The translations under genes and the position numbers were made by a program. Below, in pieces: positions 13,741 through 27,404 of a DNA stretch of 64,000 bases. The stretch comes from Callorhinchus milii (Eukaryota): positions 61,630,001 through 61,694,000 of the forward strand of contig NW_024704743.1 in assembly GCF_018977255.1 (NCBI RefSeq), read 5' to 3'. Under the pieces are notes generated by a model. It ran no database searches, was not told the DNA's origin, and saw nothing but the letters and a program-made list of their open reading frames with translations. The number at the start of each line of letters is the position of its first letter. The first letter of the stretch is position 1.

Positions 13741-14900
13741 GCTGAGTGTCCTCCCCATCCCCATGTGGTTGATGTAGAGATGGAGAAGGAGGAAGGTTTA
13801 GGGGAAATTATTGATTTACATTGAGGGTTTCCGTTGAAGATATTATGTGATAAACACTCTGAGACGCTAACCCATGAAGGACGCTATACAAATGTAAGTT
13901 ATTGTTGTTGATAAGGGGAAGGGAGAACTATGAAGAGTAATGTCTTCATACAGCGCCTTGGGACATCCTCCTAACGTGAAAGGCGCTATATAAATGTAAT
14001 TTTGTTGTTGTTGTAATGTTCTGCACTTTTTGCCGAGTTACTTTTGGGAATACCTGTGTGAAAATTTAGAATTTGTAAGTCTTTTTTACATTGCCTACGA
14101 AAAGATAGGTTTGATGAAGAGATAGATCTTTTTTTCTTTCTTCCTTTTATGTTTTTATTCATTTCGATTTGTTTCACAAAAAATAGACAAAACCACTTTA
14201 CAGTATATTCTGTAAAGTGGTTTGAGACATCTCAACAACGTGATATGGCGCTACATCAAATGTATTAAATTATTATTAGTCCTCTGATCGAGAAGATGGT
14301 CACTGTGTTTCCTCATACTCCATTGAGGTGGAACTGTTGGAAGGGCAATAACAAAAGAGAGACGAGGAAATATTTCTCTACGCACATAGGAATGAACAGT
14401 TGGAATGGGTTAACATGAAGTGTATATGAGTCCAGAACACTGGACTTATTCAAAAAGAATTTAATGAGAAGATGTTAGGATTGGTATTCTGGAATGATGA
14501 AGTCAGATGCTCCAAAGGGCCTTCATCTCCCAAACAATTGTAATCTCTCTCGCTTGTTGTAATCTTATAAACCAACCAGTCCAATAAAACTGCAAACACT
14601 CACTTGGTTAACCACCATGATAATCAGACTGTATCTGTCCATGTCATTAAAAAAACAACCTCAAGGTCTGCTGTTTTCAGGGCAGTGCTCTATTGTCAAT
14701 CTGTACTCTTAATGTTTTTTAGGATCAAGAATATCCATAAGTACAGAATTTCTTCATAACAGAGGCTCTATAAAAATAATAGTCACATTTATCTTGATTG
14801 TGTTGTATTAAAACTAGGAACATGTTTTACCTTCTCCTGCCTGCAAGTTTTCCTTATTTGCTTTCCCCTTTTAAAACGTAAAGTAGGACTATAACAGAAT

Positions 14901-15110
14901 GTGTCTCAGTTTGGCTCAGTGGTAGTTTCTGACTTCTGAATAAGAAGGATGTAGATTCAAGCCCCACGCCTCACATAGTTTAAACTGACACTCCAATGCA
15001 GCACTTGGGAGGGTGTTGCATTATCGGAAGTTCTGTCATTCGGATGAAATGTTAAACTGAGGTCCCATCTGCCTGTTCAGGTGAGTGTTAAAGATGCCAT
15101 GGCACTATCA
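14901..15110 (+). mobile_element. Deu-domain SINE, 5' half
   Basis: Head TTGGCTCAGTGGTAG...GATTCAAGCCCCAC; core CGGATGAAATGTTAAACTGAGGTCCCATCTGCCTGTTCAGG...AAAGATGCCATGGCACTAT. Confidence 0.75.
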
Positions 15111-15679
15111 TTTTATTCTTTTTTAAAATGAGGAACTGGAATTAAAAAATCTGCCAACATCTAATAAATTTGCCAGAACAAGGTCAATGAGCCAAATTGC
15201 TTATCTTTCTTCCTAAGCTCCTTCTATCTGGTGAATTGTTTGATACACCTATTGAATTTCATTGTTGGAGCAGCTTATCCACAAAAATCTCACAGGGCTT
15301 TCATTTCCAAATGTAGTGACTTTTTTTGTCGGCAGACAATTTGCTCGTAACAGATGATTTGTACACAACAAGGTCTCTTTAACAGACATGAGATAAATGC
15401 TCGATTAACCTATCAGGATATGGAGAGAAAGTGTCTTCTCTTTTCAAATTATGTCATAGGATCTTTAACATGCATTTGAGGTCCTTGTTTTCAAATCTCA
15501 ACCGTAGGATTATTTATTTGGTCAACCTGATGTCTGACACATATGGAAAACCGTCATAATACCATATGTATTACGTGTTTTTACTTTTTAAGGACAGGAA
15601 ACTTTGACTGACATACTGTCACAATCTATTCACTAAAAATAAAAATAATAATTATAAAAATAATAATTTCTATTTTCTA

Positions 15680-16130
15680 GCTTCGATCAGGCCAATGCTC
15701 TCCCCGCTGGACTCCCCAGCTCTTTCCTGCACAGACTGCAGACCCAGAACTCTGCAGTCCAAGTTCTTTCCTGTACTAGGCTCTTTGAGCCAATCACTCC
15801 CACCCTTGCTTTGTATGCAACTGGATCTCCATCCTCCAATGGATCAAGTTCAAGATCCTCGTCCACACATTTAAATATCTCCATGGTCTTGCCACACCCT
15901 AACTCTTAAACCTCCTCATCCTTGACAACCAGGCTGTTCTCTTCACTCTGCCAATACTGCCTTACTCAATGTCCTCTGCTCTAACTGCCCACCATTCAAG
16001 GGCTCTTAGCCAATTGCCACCTGTTCCCTGGAACTCCATTTCCAGGTACCTTCAACTTGCTCTCTCCCTCCTCTCTTTCAAGGTATGCCTCAAAATGCAT
16101 CTCTTTGTTCATGCTTTCGGTTCTCTTTCC
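15680..16130 (+). mobile_element. L2 LINE 3' fragment, old
   Basis: Decayed coding motifs resembling LQTQNSAVQVL and IKFKIL, then a ...WNS...SFKVCLKMHLF segment. Confidence 0.75.
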
Positions 16131-16135
16131 CCTCT

Positions 16136-17345
16136 TAGAATCATAGAATCATAGAACTATACAGCACAGAAGGAGGCCACTCAGCCCATCGTATCTGTGC
16201 TGGCTCTTTTAAAAGCACTGTACAAATCAATTCCACTCCCCCGCAGTCTCCTCATAACACTGCAAACTTGTCCTCCCCAAATAATTATCTACATTTCTCT
16301 TTAAAGTTGTTATCAAATCGGCTTCCACCACCCTTTCAGGCAATGCATTCCAGATGTGAACAACTCGCTGCGTAAAAAAAATTCTCGCCTCCCCTCTGTT
16401 TCTTTTATCAACTATTTTAAATCGGTATCCTTGGGTTACCGACCCACCACCAGTGGAAATAGTTTCTCCTTGTTCACTCTATCGAATCCCCTTATAATTT
16501 TGAAAACTTCTATTATTCTCTTATCCTTCTCTGCTCCAAGGAGAATAATCCCAGCTTCTCTAGCCTCTCCTGATAACTGAAATCCCTCATTCCTGGTACC
16601 ATCCTGGTAAATCTCCTTTGCACCTACTCCAATGCCTTGACATCCTTCCTAAAGTGTGGGACCCAGAACTGAACACAGTACTCCAGCTGAGGCCTAACCA
16701 GTGTTTTATAAACATTCATCATAACTTCCTGACTTTATTTATAAAGCCTGGTATCCCATATGCTTTTTTAACAGCTTTATCTGTTCCCTCCCCCTTTAAG
16801 ATTGTACCATCAGCTTATATTGCCTCTCCTCATTCTTCCTCCCAAAATGCATCACTTTGCATTTCTACATATTAAACTTCACCTGCCACGTGTCTGCCCA
16901 TTTTACCAGTCTGTCTATGTCCATTTGCAGTCTGCTACTATCCGCCTCACTGTTTACTACTTTCTTACAACAACAACAAGATTCCATTTATAGAGCGCCT
17001 TTCACGTCGGGAGGACGTCCCAAGGCGCTGGACAGTTGGGTCAGGACCTGAGCAGGGGGGACATGGTCAGGGTGAGGGGAGGGAAGGGAGGGAGCGAGAA
17101 GGGGGGAAATGGTCAGGGTGAGGGGAGGGAAGGGAGGGAGCGAGGAGGGGGTAGAGAGTCGAGAGGGGAGCTGAAGGCACAGTCAAAGAGAACTTAGCTT
17201 AGTATCATCTGCAAACTTGGAAATTGTACTCCCTATACGCAAGTCCAGGTCATTTATACAGATGAAAAACAGCAGTGATCCCAATACCACCCACTGGGAG
17301 ATACCACTGCACACTTCCCTCCAGTCAGAAAAACAACTGTCTTCA
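16136..17345 (-). mobile_element. CR1 LINE 3' fragment interrupted by an L2 3' end (~16967-17185)
   Basis: 8-bp (TTCTATGA)n CR1 tail at 16136. Motifs LEYCVQFW-like near 16660-16690 and LGSLLFFICINDLD...ISKFADDTKL at 17200-17300. Confidence 0.85.
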
Positions 17346-17429
17346 TCCCACTCAGCTCCCACACTCTGCTCTGGTGCCCAACCAGAACTGTTGAGCACTT
17401 TGGGACATCCTTCTGACATGAATGGTACA

Positions 17430-18205
17430 ATATAACATCTTTCACATTAGGAGAACATCTCCAAGTGATGTACTGAATATATTATAAAGGGTTGGCTATG
17501 TTTTTTGTAGATGAATGCAGAAGCCAATTTGCACACAACAGTGTCCTACAAACAGCCATGAAGTGAATGACCAATTTTATCTGGGGAATTATCAGCCTGG
17601 GGGAACTCTCTTCACTTTTCAAATAGTGCCATGGGATCTTTAACACCCACATGAACAGACCACATGAGCTCAGTTTAAAGTTTCATCTGAAGGATGACAC
17701 CTCAACAATGCAGCACACCCCAGCACTGTATTGGCATGTCAACCTAGTTTATAATAATAATAATAATAATCCTTGCATTTGATATAGCGCCTCATCACAT
17801 CTTTGAGACATTTCAAACACTTCATAAAATATATCGTAAAGTGAATTGAATAGTGAATAGTATATTTTTTGGGCGAAACGGGGCAGCCAATTGCACACAG
17901 CAGCGTCCTACAAACAGTCATCGATTGAAATGACCAAATTATTATTATTTATTTATTTTGAAGGGATTATTACCCCTGGAAAAGCGACCTGCCAAACGAA
18001 TAACAACTGGGTTCCTATTTACTTCTAGGTAAACAGGCATGTGGAGTAAGGAAACTTGCCCAACATTTCGCCCTGCCAGGAATTGAATCCAGGTCTCTAG
18101 CTTGCGAGGCGAGTGCTCTAACCACTGAGTTACAAGACTCCCGACATGGGCTTAACACCACAACCTTCTGATTCGGAGGTGAGTGTGCTATCAAATGAGC
18201 CAAAC
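17430..18205 (-). mobile_element. Deu-domain SINE split by a younger tRNA-Ala SINE
   Basis: Deu core and tail at 17430-17750; the head resumes at 18142-18205 after the nested insertion. Confidence 0.75.
17751..18141 (-). mobile_element. tRNA-Ala-derived SINE, long subfamily (SINE2-1_CM-like)
   Basis: Head GGAGTCTTGTAACTCAGTGGTTAGAGCACTCGCCTCGCAAG...GATTCAATTCC with A/B boxes; TTGGGCAAGTTTCCTTACTCCAC; tail GCGCTATATCAAATGCAAGGA(TTA)n. Confidence 0.9.
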
Positions 18206-18489
18206 AAACACATAAAGTGATATTTATAACATCCTTAAATGCATGATACACACACACATACTCGGGAAGGGGGGAGAGGGTCAATGCTGTGGTACAATTA
18301 CCCAGATCAAATTGGTTATTCACTTCATGGCTGTTTGTGGGGTATTGCTGTCCACAACCTGTCTGCCCCAATCATCTACAAATGCACAGTCACTGCAGTT
18401 CACAGTAAAATCTTGTGAAAACATCCTTTGATCCTTTGAGACATTTTGATGATGTTATTAGATGCTAAGGATTATTATTATTTAATGCG

Positions 18490-18740
18490 ATCTCTTAATT
18501 AAGAAACTCACCGGATTGTTGGGAGTATGAAATTCATTATAACAGAAGGCTGGATCAGTAGAAACTTTAAAAAGGTAACTAAATAAGCACATATATAACT
18601 ATAACAGTAAAAATATTAAAGGATATGGGGAAAGAGGTGAAAAATGGGATTGGTGAAACAGTCTGATAGTACATGTATCAGTGGCACGGACTCGATGGGT
18701 TGAACGGCCTCCTTCAGTGTTAAAAATTTCCATGTTTCTA
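18490..18740 (+). mobile_element. CR1 3' UTR fragment, old
   Basis: ...GGATATGGGGAAAGAGG...GGCACGGACTCGATGGGTTGAACGGCCTCCTTC...TTTCTA, a typical shark CR1 3' end. Similar fragments lie at ~1200-1350, 2170-2345, 60060-60160 and 60860-61085. Confidence 0.7.
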
Positions 18741-19254
18741 TATCTACGACACTGTCTCATGAGAGCATCGCACCAGCTTGATCTAATTTTGCAGTTGGGT
18801 TCTCCTGAGTCAGTGTGACATATTTCCAATTCCTGAAAGGAGTCCTTGCTCAAATACCGTAATGAATTTGCCTACAATAAACAGTCAGCATAAATAATTA
18901 CTGCAAAAAGTTTTGACCTGTTTCTGTAAAGAAGCAAGTTTTTCTTTCCTTTTTCTGTTAGCTGTAATTAATCTTTCCTGAAGCAGAAAATAATACCATT
19001 TTAGTTCTGCACAGCGTCATGGAAATTATAAAGCAACTTTACCACAGGCATCTGAACAGTCAAAGCATTACACAGGATTTACTGTAATGTGTAGTGATTG
19101 TGTATTTATTGACAAACATAGGAACAGGCTGGCCTAGTTGGTTTTTCCATATATTGGATGATAGCAGTTTATTCAATTTCATTTCACTGCCTTTACTCTA
19201 TATTCTGTATTACCTAACTTACCAAATATCTATTTATTGTATCTCTCTCATTTA

Positions 19255-19592
19255 AAGCCAAAGCCCTAACGGGTAGGGTAGTCCCAGCTGGATAAACAGT
19301 GGGAAATCTTACTAGAGAGTTCTGTCAATAGATGTGTATTTAATCTAGCTAGACTCCAGCAGTACCCCAATGCACACTCTAGGGTCCCCAAGCCTTGCAT
19401 CTTGCCAACTTTTGCCTAATACGTTCTGGAATTAGGTAAGCAGGGAGAGAGTTTGCATTCCATTCAATAAATATCTTGGATAATTCCATGTATAAATGGG
19501 ATGCATGGAATTCTTAGTTAATTTGGATACTCTTAAGGATGGGAATGGGTTTCCACATATGTCAGACACCCGGCTGACCAAAGAAAATAAAC
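19255..19592 (+). repeat. Unclassified dispersed repeat, uninterrupted ~340-bp copy
   Basis: AAGCCAAAGCCCTAACGGGTAGGGT...ACTCCAGCAGTACCCCAAT...GTCAGACACCCGGCTGACC followed by an A-rich tail. Colinear with the copies at 21392 and 39292. Confidence 0.8.
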
Positions 19593-20367
19593 AATTGATC
19601 CTGCCTCTGCAGCTTTCTGTGGCAGTTGCTTACTGATTCTCACAGCACTCTTTGTAAAGAAATGTTTTCCAATTTTTCTTATAATTGGCCAGGCTCTAAT
19701 TTTAAGACTATTGTCAATTAAACAAAATAGCTGCTTGCTGTGGAAAACTTCCAAAGCATATTTTGCCAATACTTATTGAGCAACAGCAACAAAATTACAT
19801 TTGTATAGCGCCTTTCACATCATTGAGGCGTCTCAAAGAGTTTTATGTGATATTCTGTCGAGTGGTGTGACTGTGTATTTTATGGATGAAGAGAAAGTAA
19901 TAGAGTAATAATGATATAATAATCTTTTCATTTGATACAGTGCCTAATCATCTTGTTGAGATGCCTCAAAACGCTTCACAGAATATACTGTAAAATGGTG
20001 TGACTGTGTAGATTAGACATCTTACACATTACAGAAATATATTAACCTGTCCAGGCCATATGTTTGCTTTATTGCCTTTGCAGATGTTTATTAAATTCAT
20101 TTTGCGTTCAATAAAAAAGCCGGTGACTATTTGTGATCAAGTGTTTCATGCATCAGTCATGAAACATCCACCCCACCTTCTAGCTGCAGAATGTGTTGTA
20201 TTGTTCTCCCTCAGGGTACCTTAGCGTGGTTGCAGACGTGCTGTGCCTCACAGTGCTTGAAGCTGTTTCACTAAATCTATTTAACAGTACAACACTTCAT
20301 AACTTTAATTAAGCAGATTGCTGGTGTGTTTTCTAGATATATTGAAATCTAAAAAGAAAAGAGACTT

Positions 20368-20472
20368 TATTTTGGTCAATTGGGTGTCTGAGACATATGC
20401 AAATCCATCACCATGCTTAAGAGAATCCAAACTGCACAGAGTTTTACATATGTATGCATGGAAATTTCCCTT
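20368..20472 (-). repeat. Unclassified dispersed repeat, 3' portion
   Basis: Plus strand TTTTGGTCAATTGGGTGTCTGAGACATATGCAAATCCATCACCATGCTTAAGAGAATCC. Confidence 0.7.
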
Positions 20473-21391
20473 CGAGACATGGTAGCTGATTGGATGTGGA
20501 AAGATGTTTAATGGACAGTCACCCTTCCCCTTGACAAGCATAAAATAAACTGACATAAATTATGAATTGAGAAATACTACAAACATAAATGAAGGTGACA
20601 AATTTTAAAGATGCATTTGTATCATGAAATGGAATACAAATTCACATAAATGCTGATACAAATGTGATAAAAATTAGTTACATAAAACTAGATGGACATT
20701 TGCTAAGCCTAATAGCTTCTATATTTAGACTTGAATTCAGCAAGCAGATGCAGTTAATACTTTATTTGATGTTGGTTTAACGTAAACTCATAAGGAATGT
20801 GGCATGTATTAATGTGATCTCCTTGATGCTGGAGTTGCTGAGAGACATTGATGGAGTGTATAGCTCCACTCATTTCTGTTTGTGATGTGAAACCCAAGGC
20901 TTGAACGTTCAGATCCAATTTACTATTCAACACGCACATCAACTAGGTAGTTTATAAACCATGGGCCGGGAATAAATGCCAAGGTATTGGAATAATGCAG
21001 TGAAACTCCAATCAAGTGGGTGTGCAGCTCTTCACCATTTCCATTGCTGGCTGTGTCAGTACTGCAGCAAGTATATAAATCAATTCTCTTGATCATTTTT
21101 GGTCTCATCACAGTGAAGATAAAAACAACAACAACTTCACACAGGGTAACGTCCCAGAACGCTTCACAGTGGCAGAGTCTGACAACAAACCAAGGGGAGA
21201 GGGAGTGGGGAGGTGACCGTAAGCATGATTAAAAAGGAAGGTCTTTAGGTGGGATTTGAAGGTGGGGAGAGAAAATGAGTGAGGAGCTTATAATACAGTA
21301 TATTTTGAGGCTGGAAGCAACAGCCAAAGAAAGGAATTGTTAGTTAAATATCACATACCATTGATGAGTGGGTTTCATGATTTTTAAAATT

Positions 21392-21690
21392 ATTTTTGGT
21401 CAGCTGGAAATCTGACTAATGCGGAAACACATCAACATGTTTAAGAGAATCCCAACCAGTCTGAGAGTTCCACATATGTATCCCATCAGCACATGGAAAT
21501 TTACCTGAGTCTGGAATGGAATATACATGGAATGTATTAATGCTGGAATGTATTAGGCGCATGTTTGCAATACCATTGCTTGGGGACCCAAAAATATGTA
21601 TTGGGGTACTCTGGTGTACTCTGCTTGCCATTGAGAGCATTGCCTGGCATATTTTGCATTGTTTGTCCAGCTAGGACAACTTTATTCATT
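21392..21690 (-). repeat. Unclassified dispersed repeat, ~300-bp copy
   Basis: Plus strand TTTTGGTCAGCTGGAAATCTGACTAATGCGGAAAC...GCTTGGGGACCC...TATGTATTGGGGTACT...TTGTCCAGCTAGGAC. Confidence 0.75.
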
Positions 21691-22014
21691 AGAAATGTGT
21701 TTGCAGAGTTAACAGGAACAAAGAATCGCTGCCCCCAGTCTTCCACTCTAAGACCTGCTGACAAGCCAGGCTGGTTGGCTCTAAATTACTGTGGCCCTGC
21801 TCAGGAGCTGGAGTTCCAAAATCCCTCAAAATGTTGACTTGGTTCTGACATTTCATTGCAAAACACATCATCTTAGAGCTCGCTGAGCCCAAAGGAGACT
21901 GCTCATGTCCCCTCCACCCCAGGAGAATAGTCACTAGTTTGGTTAATTATGATGAGATTAGCAGTAACTTGGCAGAGTTTCGTCACTTGATAATGTATCA
22001 TGTTTTATGTAAAA

Positions 22015-22410
22015 ACAACAACAGTAACTTGCAACGACTTGGAGTGCATAACAGTGACAGAGCCTGACTTCGAGCCGGAGGGTAGGAGGAGCTGACCGTG
22101 AGCACAGTCAAAGTGGAAGCTCTTCAGCCGTGATCTAAAAAATGGGAGTAAGACGGAGGGAATGGGGTAGAGAGTTCCAAAGCTTTGGAGCATAGTGGCT
22201 GAAAGCACAGCCGCCACTGGTAGAGAGGGGGGGGTGAAGGACAAACAGGAGGCTAGAGCCAGTCAAGCGAAAGCAGTGGGTAGTTGAGTAGGGAGAAGAA
22301 GGTAGGAAGGTGCCAGGATGTGAAGGGAATTGTAGACGAGTGAGAGGATCTTGTAATGGATCCATTCTGTGATAGGAAGCCAGTGAGGACTGGTGTGATG
22401 GGGACACGGA
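22015..22410 (-). mobile_element. L2 LINE 3' fragment
   Basis: HWLPITEWIHYKIL and GGCAFSHYAPKLWNSLP motifs; (GTT)n tail. Confidence 0.85.
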
Positions 22411-23089
22411 GTACAGTCAAAATAAGAAAGAAGTATGTTGAGGATATTTTCCATTTCCATTTCATACTTTTGCAATTTATATGGATAATGACAGATATTC
22501 CTGGTACTGCTTACAATTCATAGGATTATAGAATTAAAGCACGGAAGTCCATTCAGGCCACCAGCATATGCTAGAGATAGCTCCTCCAATGGAACTATAT
22601 CCTCTTATCCCAATTCTCTGTTCTTTCTCATTCCCTTTTTATTGTTTCTCTTCAAATACCTATCATTCCGTTCTAAATACTGTTATGGTCTTTACTTCAA
22701 TAGGTACTTGTGGCAAAGCATTCTATATTCTAATAACCTCCTGTGCAAAACATTTCTTCTAACTTCCTCTTAACTCTTCCAATAATAATCCTGAGTTTAT
22801 CCCTTCTCACCCACCCCCCTTTGCCTATGTCAACCAGCAGGAATAATTGTTCACTATGCACAAAACCACTTGCAATTTTTTAAAAATTGCGTTAGAACAA
22901 AGTTATTTTGGCTCAGATTGCAGCATTGTTGACTGTGAATCATCATCAACAACAACAACAACTTGGATTTATATAGCGCCCTCCATGCCGGACGGCGTTT
23001 CAGAGCGCTTTAAATCAGAGGTTTGGGTTCAAGTCCAATGTTGGGACATAATCTTATACTCCAGACTACCACAGTAGTGGGCAACCATA

Positions 23090-23610
23090 ATACCATTGAA
23101 ACTTACGGACAGTAGAAAGCTATTAGGCCCACCGTGTTAAGAGAAATCATTTTAGTCCCACTTTCCTGTCCTTCCCGTATACCTTCTTTTTAAGGTCTTT
23201 GTCCACTTGAAACCAATATGGATTTTGCCTCAACTGCCACTTCCAGCAGGGCATTCCATATCCTACTACTATCATACTACTCTGTGTGTGAAAACATTTC
23301 TCCTAACCTCCCAATTTGCTTGTTTACTAACTATCTCAAATTGATGCCCTCTATTTACAGATTCACCAAACAGTAGAAATAATTTTCACCTATTTACCTT
23401 ATCAAAACCCCTCATAATTTTAAAGACCTCTATCAGGTCACCCCTCAAAATTCTTTATTCCAGCAAAAAAAGTCCTAGTTCCTCCAGTCTCTGCTCATAG
23501 GCCAAGTCACTCATCCCTGGTATCATTCTAGTAAATCTCCTCTGCGCTCCCTCTATCCCCTTGACATTTTTTCCTGATGTGGAATGACCAATACTGGAAA
23601 CAATATTCTA
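23090..23610 (-). mobile_element. CR1 3' fragment, old (another at ~22520-22880)
   Basis: Plus strand CCCCTCATAATTTTAAAGACCTCTATCAGGTCACCCCTC...CCTGGTATCATTCTAGTAAATCT, colinear with the CR1 copies at 16136 and 35143. Confidence 0.75.
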
Positions 23611-24782
23611 ACTCCCTATGGAGTTCTGCATTGTCAGAGGATATGCCCTTTAGATGAGATTTTAAATTGAGGTCCTATCTGTCTGTTCTGGTAGATATTA
23701 AAGATCTTCGGTCATTTCCTTTTGTCATGGCTTACCACCTTCCAGATAAATCAATGTTTCACTTCATGGTTGATTGTGTGACCTTAACATGTGCCAAGTG
23801 GTATGTTTGCCTTCAAAAACACACAGTCAGTACTTTTGACAACAATTCCGTGTGAAGTGATTTGACATGGTTTGACTTTATAAGCAAGAAACTTCACATT
23901 AGTCTGAATGTTGGAGAAGTTGAATAGATAGGCCAGGTAGACCAATGAACCAGTCCTGCCAGAAATGTACTGTAGTGTATTTTGTCTCTGGAATTTGATA
24001 ATATTAATTGTGCAATATGCAATGATTTTGTTCATATGTTTCCATTTGGGGCATTCTGAATCCAGTTCCAAGTAGGTATGGGCCCAAAAATGGCAACATC
24101 ACTTTGCATTTATGCAATATACCTGAGCTAAGGTGACCCTGATATCGATGGGAATTTGTATGTGTTTCATTCAGCATTAATAAGTTATATTGCTAAGCAC
24201 ATTAGTAATAAAAATAATAATCCTTGCATTTGACATACCACCTTATCACGTCATTGAGACATCTCAAAGTGCTTCAGAGAATATACTGTGAAGTGAATTT
24301 ACTATATATTTTGTATCACCAAATAGTACCAGATCACCAGATCAGAAGATAGGTACTCACCCTACCATCCTCCCATAACAGTATCAGATTGTTTCAGCAT
24401 CCTGGTCTCAAACACCCTTTCCACTATCTGGTTCCAGTTAATAATTATTCTCTGTGTAAGAAATACTTCCTGAAGTCTGTCTTGAAATTGTGTGTACTAC
24501 AAGAAGCAAGGAAGGCTATTTCTGATGCATCATTTCCCATTCACAAATCTGACTGAAAATTTTAAAGGCACATTTCTTAAGCATTGTTTCAAACTATCTT
24601 CCATTTGAAGGGAGACCAGCACACAATAGAGCTGCACATGAGTAGATTACAGTGTTATGAATCGAAAAGAATTGGAGGCATGACAAAAATGTTCTTCGCA
24701 TCCGAGAGGTGCACATGAGTTAATGCGAGAAAACACAAGCCGATATGGTGGTGTTTTGTTTTAAAGTGAGCAAGTATATGAA

Positions 24783-25204
24783 CAATAATAAATAATCCTT
24801 ATATTTGATATAGCACTTTCACACTGGGAGGACATCTTAAAGAACTTCATTGGACATACTGTAAAGCGGAGCGACTGTTTTGTAGGCAAATTCAGCAGCC
24901 AATTTGCACACAGCAATGTCCCACAAACAGCCATTAAGTGAATAACTAATTTTTCTGGGGGATTGTTAGGCAGAATATTGGGAGAAACTCCCTTCTCTTT
25001 TTGTAAAGTGCTGTTGGATCTTTAACGCCCACCCGAATAGGCAGGTGTGATCTCGGTTTAATGTCTGATCCAAATGACGGTACTTCCAGCAGAGTATTGG
25101 ACTGGAGTGTCAACCTAGATTATACGGGTTCAAAGACTCAACATGGGGCTTGAACTCAGATCCAACTGATTCAAAGAGTCCTACCAACTTAGCCAGGCTG
25201 ACAC
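24783..25204 (-). mobile_element. Deu-domain SINE, near full length
   Basis: Head GTGTCAGCCTGGCTAAGTTGGTAG..., core GACATTAAACCGAGATCACACCTGCC...GGCGTTAAAGATCC, and a tail ending (TTA)n. Confidence 0.85.
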
Positions 25205-25481
25205 TTTAAATACTAGGGGAATACTCGGGGAATTTACAATGATTCATTAATTAACTGAAAAGTAAATATTTTTGTCTGGATTTAATACGCTGGTTCATCG
25301 GCTGGGCTCTTTATGTAATTAAATGTAGGACAAGTTGCCCACACACCTCAGTTTAAAAGTGTACACATGTTACTGGATGGATTATATATCTTAAACTCTT
25401 CAATATTACTGGAGTATAAGGTAAAGCAATATTGAAATAGACTAGCACTCCCCCCATCCCCCACCACCATTACTTCAGTCA

Positions 25482-25885
25482 AAACAACAACAACAACTTG
25501 GATTTATATAGCGCCTTCCAAGCCGGACGGCATCTCAGAGCGCTTCACAGTAACGGATCCCGGGGCCGAGCCAGGGGAAGGGGGAGGAAAGTGACCAAAG
25601 GCGTGGTCGAAGAGAAAGGTCTTCAGCAGAGACCTGAAAATAGGAAGAGAGGGGATGAGGCGAAGGGGGTGAGGATGGGAGTTCCAGAGCCTCGGGGCAT
25701 AGTGGCTGAAGGAGCGGAGGACCCGGGGGACGAGGAGGAGGCCAGACCTGGTGGAACGAAGGCACTGTTTTGAAGAGAGAGGAGGTCAGAGAGGTAGGGG
25801 GATGCAGAGGTGTGGAGGGATTTGAAGACAAGGATGAGGATCTTGAAGTCGATCGTCTCTGGGACAGGCAGCCAGTGCTAGGCAA
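25482..25885 (-). mobile_element. L2 LINE 3' fragment, young subfamily B
   Basis: Tail GAAGCGCTCTGAGATGCCGTCCGGCTTGGAAGGCGCTATATAAATCCAA(GTT)n; closely similar to the copies at 43820 and 48400. Confidence 0.9.
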
Positions 25886-26818
25886 GGACTGGGATAATTG
25901 GGGAAAGTCTTTATCCTGCCTTTGAATTACCATAATTTGATTATCATAAATGTCCTGCGGGCACTTGTAAAAGTAACGTACAGAAATCGTCAATGAAATA
26001 TAGTGCTAGAATGGTCTGTGCGTATCGACTGTAATAATCTGCACATTATTACTGTAAAATTACTATTTCCAAAACAATCCACTTTCCAAAACTAATCTTT
26101 CAATTGTAAATAACTTATTCCAAGTCTTTGCCTCTGTTTCTCTCTGCCAAATTTCTTTTACAATATCTACAGGGCTGTAAGTGGCCTTGGATTTTGCCTT
26201 GGTAGCTGTACTATTTTGCCAGTAATTCAACTTGTTATAACCTGTTTTCAAAGGACAGTGCCAGTATTATGTTCCATATTCAGAGCATCAGTTAGTGAAT
26301 GCCCTTCAAAAACAATGGTTGAAATACAATGTTTAATAACCTTTAAAGGGAAGTTCGACAAATATTGGCAGCTGTAATCAGTGAAACTGTACTTCAGCAT
26401 TCACGAAAGGAAAGGGGAAAAAAGGTTAGGACTAAATGAGATAAAACAGTTGGCTCTGTTGACCCCAAAAAGTGTTTTCAAACTTTAATTATGTTTCAGG
26501 AAGTAGAATAACTGAAAAGTCATGCAACATTGTCACTGTTCACCTACAAATATGAGTCATTATACTTTACAGTAAATCCCGTGGAGCATTTTGAAACATC
26601 CTCCTGACGTGAAAGGACTATATCAAGTGCAAGGTTTATTTTTATTTCATCATGAGGGCATTACAAATGGGCGTTGAAATGATACATTTTACATAAATAT
26701 ATTGAGTACCTATAAACCACTTTTTATATAAAGCAATATCCCTTCAATAGGACTTTAATATCCTCCAACTTGGTCATTCACTTCATGGCTGTTTGTGAAT
26801 ATTGCTATCCTTGAGACT

Positions 26819-27010
26819 ATCCCTATGTTCATCATGGTTCAGATATAGTATCTATCTCTGTCCCTATGTTCAGGAGGATTCAGATATCTAGCTCTGTCAT
26901 ATTTTCAACATGGTTCATATAGCATCTAGCTCTGTCCCTATGTTCAGGAGGGTTCAGATATCTAGCTCTGTTCCTATTTTCAGCATGGATCAGATATCTA
27001 TATCTAGCCC
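26819..27010. repeat. Minisatellite, ~5 units of 36-41 bp with alternating unit types
   Basis: Unit CCCTATGTTCAGGAGGGTTCAGATATCTAGCTCTGT alternates with a ...TTCA(T/A/G)CATGG(T/A)TCA... variant. Confidence 0.85.
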
Positions 27011-27045
27011 TCAATTTCTCCTCTGTTAGCTTGTGTACCATATAG

Positions 27046-27395
27046 ATAATAATAATAATCTTTGCATTTGATATAGCGCCTTATCATGTCTTCAAGACGT
27101 CTCAAAGCACTTCACAGAATATACTGTAAAGTGAATTGACTGTATATTTTGAGGATGAAATGCGGCAGCCAATTGCACACTGCAGTATCCCACAAACAGT
27201 CGTGGATTGAAGTGACCAATTTATTATTTTTTTTAAGGAATTATTACCACCGATCTGCCAATCGACTAACAACCGAGTTCCTACTTATTGCTATGTAAAC
27301 AGAGGCGTGTGGGGTAATGAAACTTGCCCAACATTTCGCCCTGCCGGGAATCGAACCCAGGTCTCTCACTTGTGAGGTAAGTGCTCTAACCACTG
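27046..27395 (-). mobile_element. tRNA-Ala-derived SINE, long subfamily, head slightly truncated
   Basis: B box GGTTCGATTCC, internal CTGTTTACATAGCAATAAGTAGGAAC segment, (TTA)n tail. Confidence 0.9.
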
Positions 27396-27404
27396 TTTAT
27401 CTTT

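Noticed and set aside
17056..17150. G-rich ~45-bp tandem duplication / G-quadruplex
   Set aside because: It is a local duplication inside an L2 3' UTR pyrimidine tract, with no sign of independent function.
26819..27010. CRISPR-like array
   Set aside because: The units are contiguous with no unique spacers, there are no cas genes, and the context is eukaryotic.
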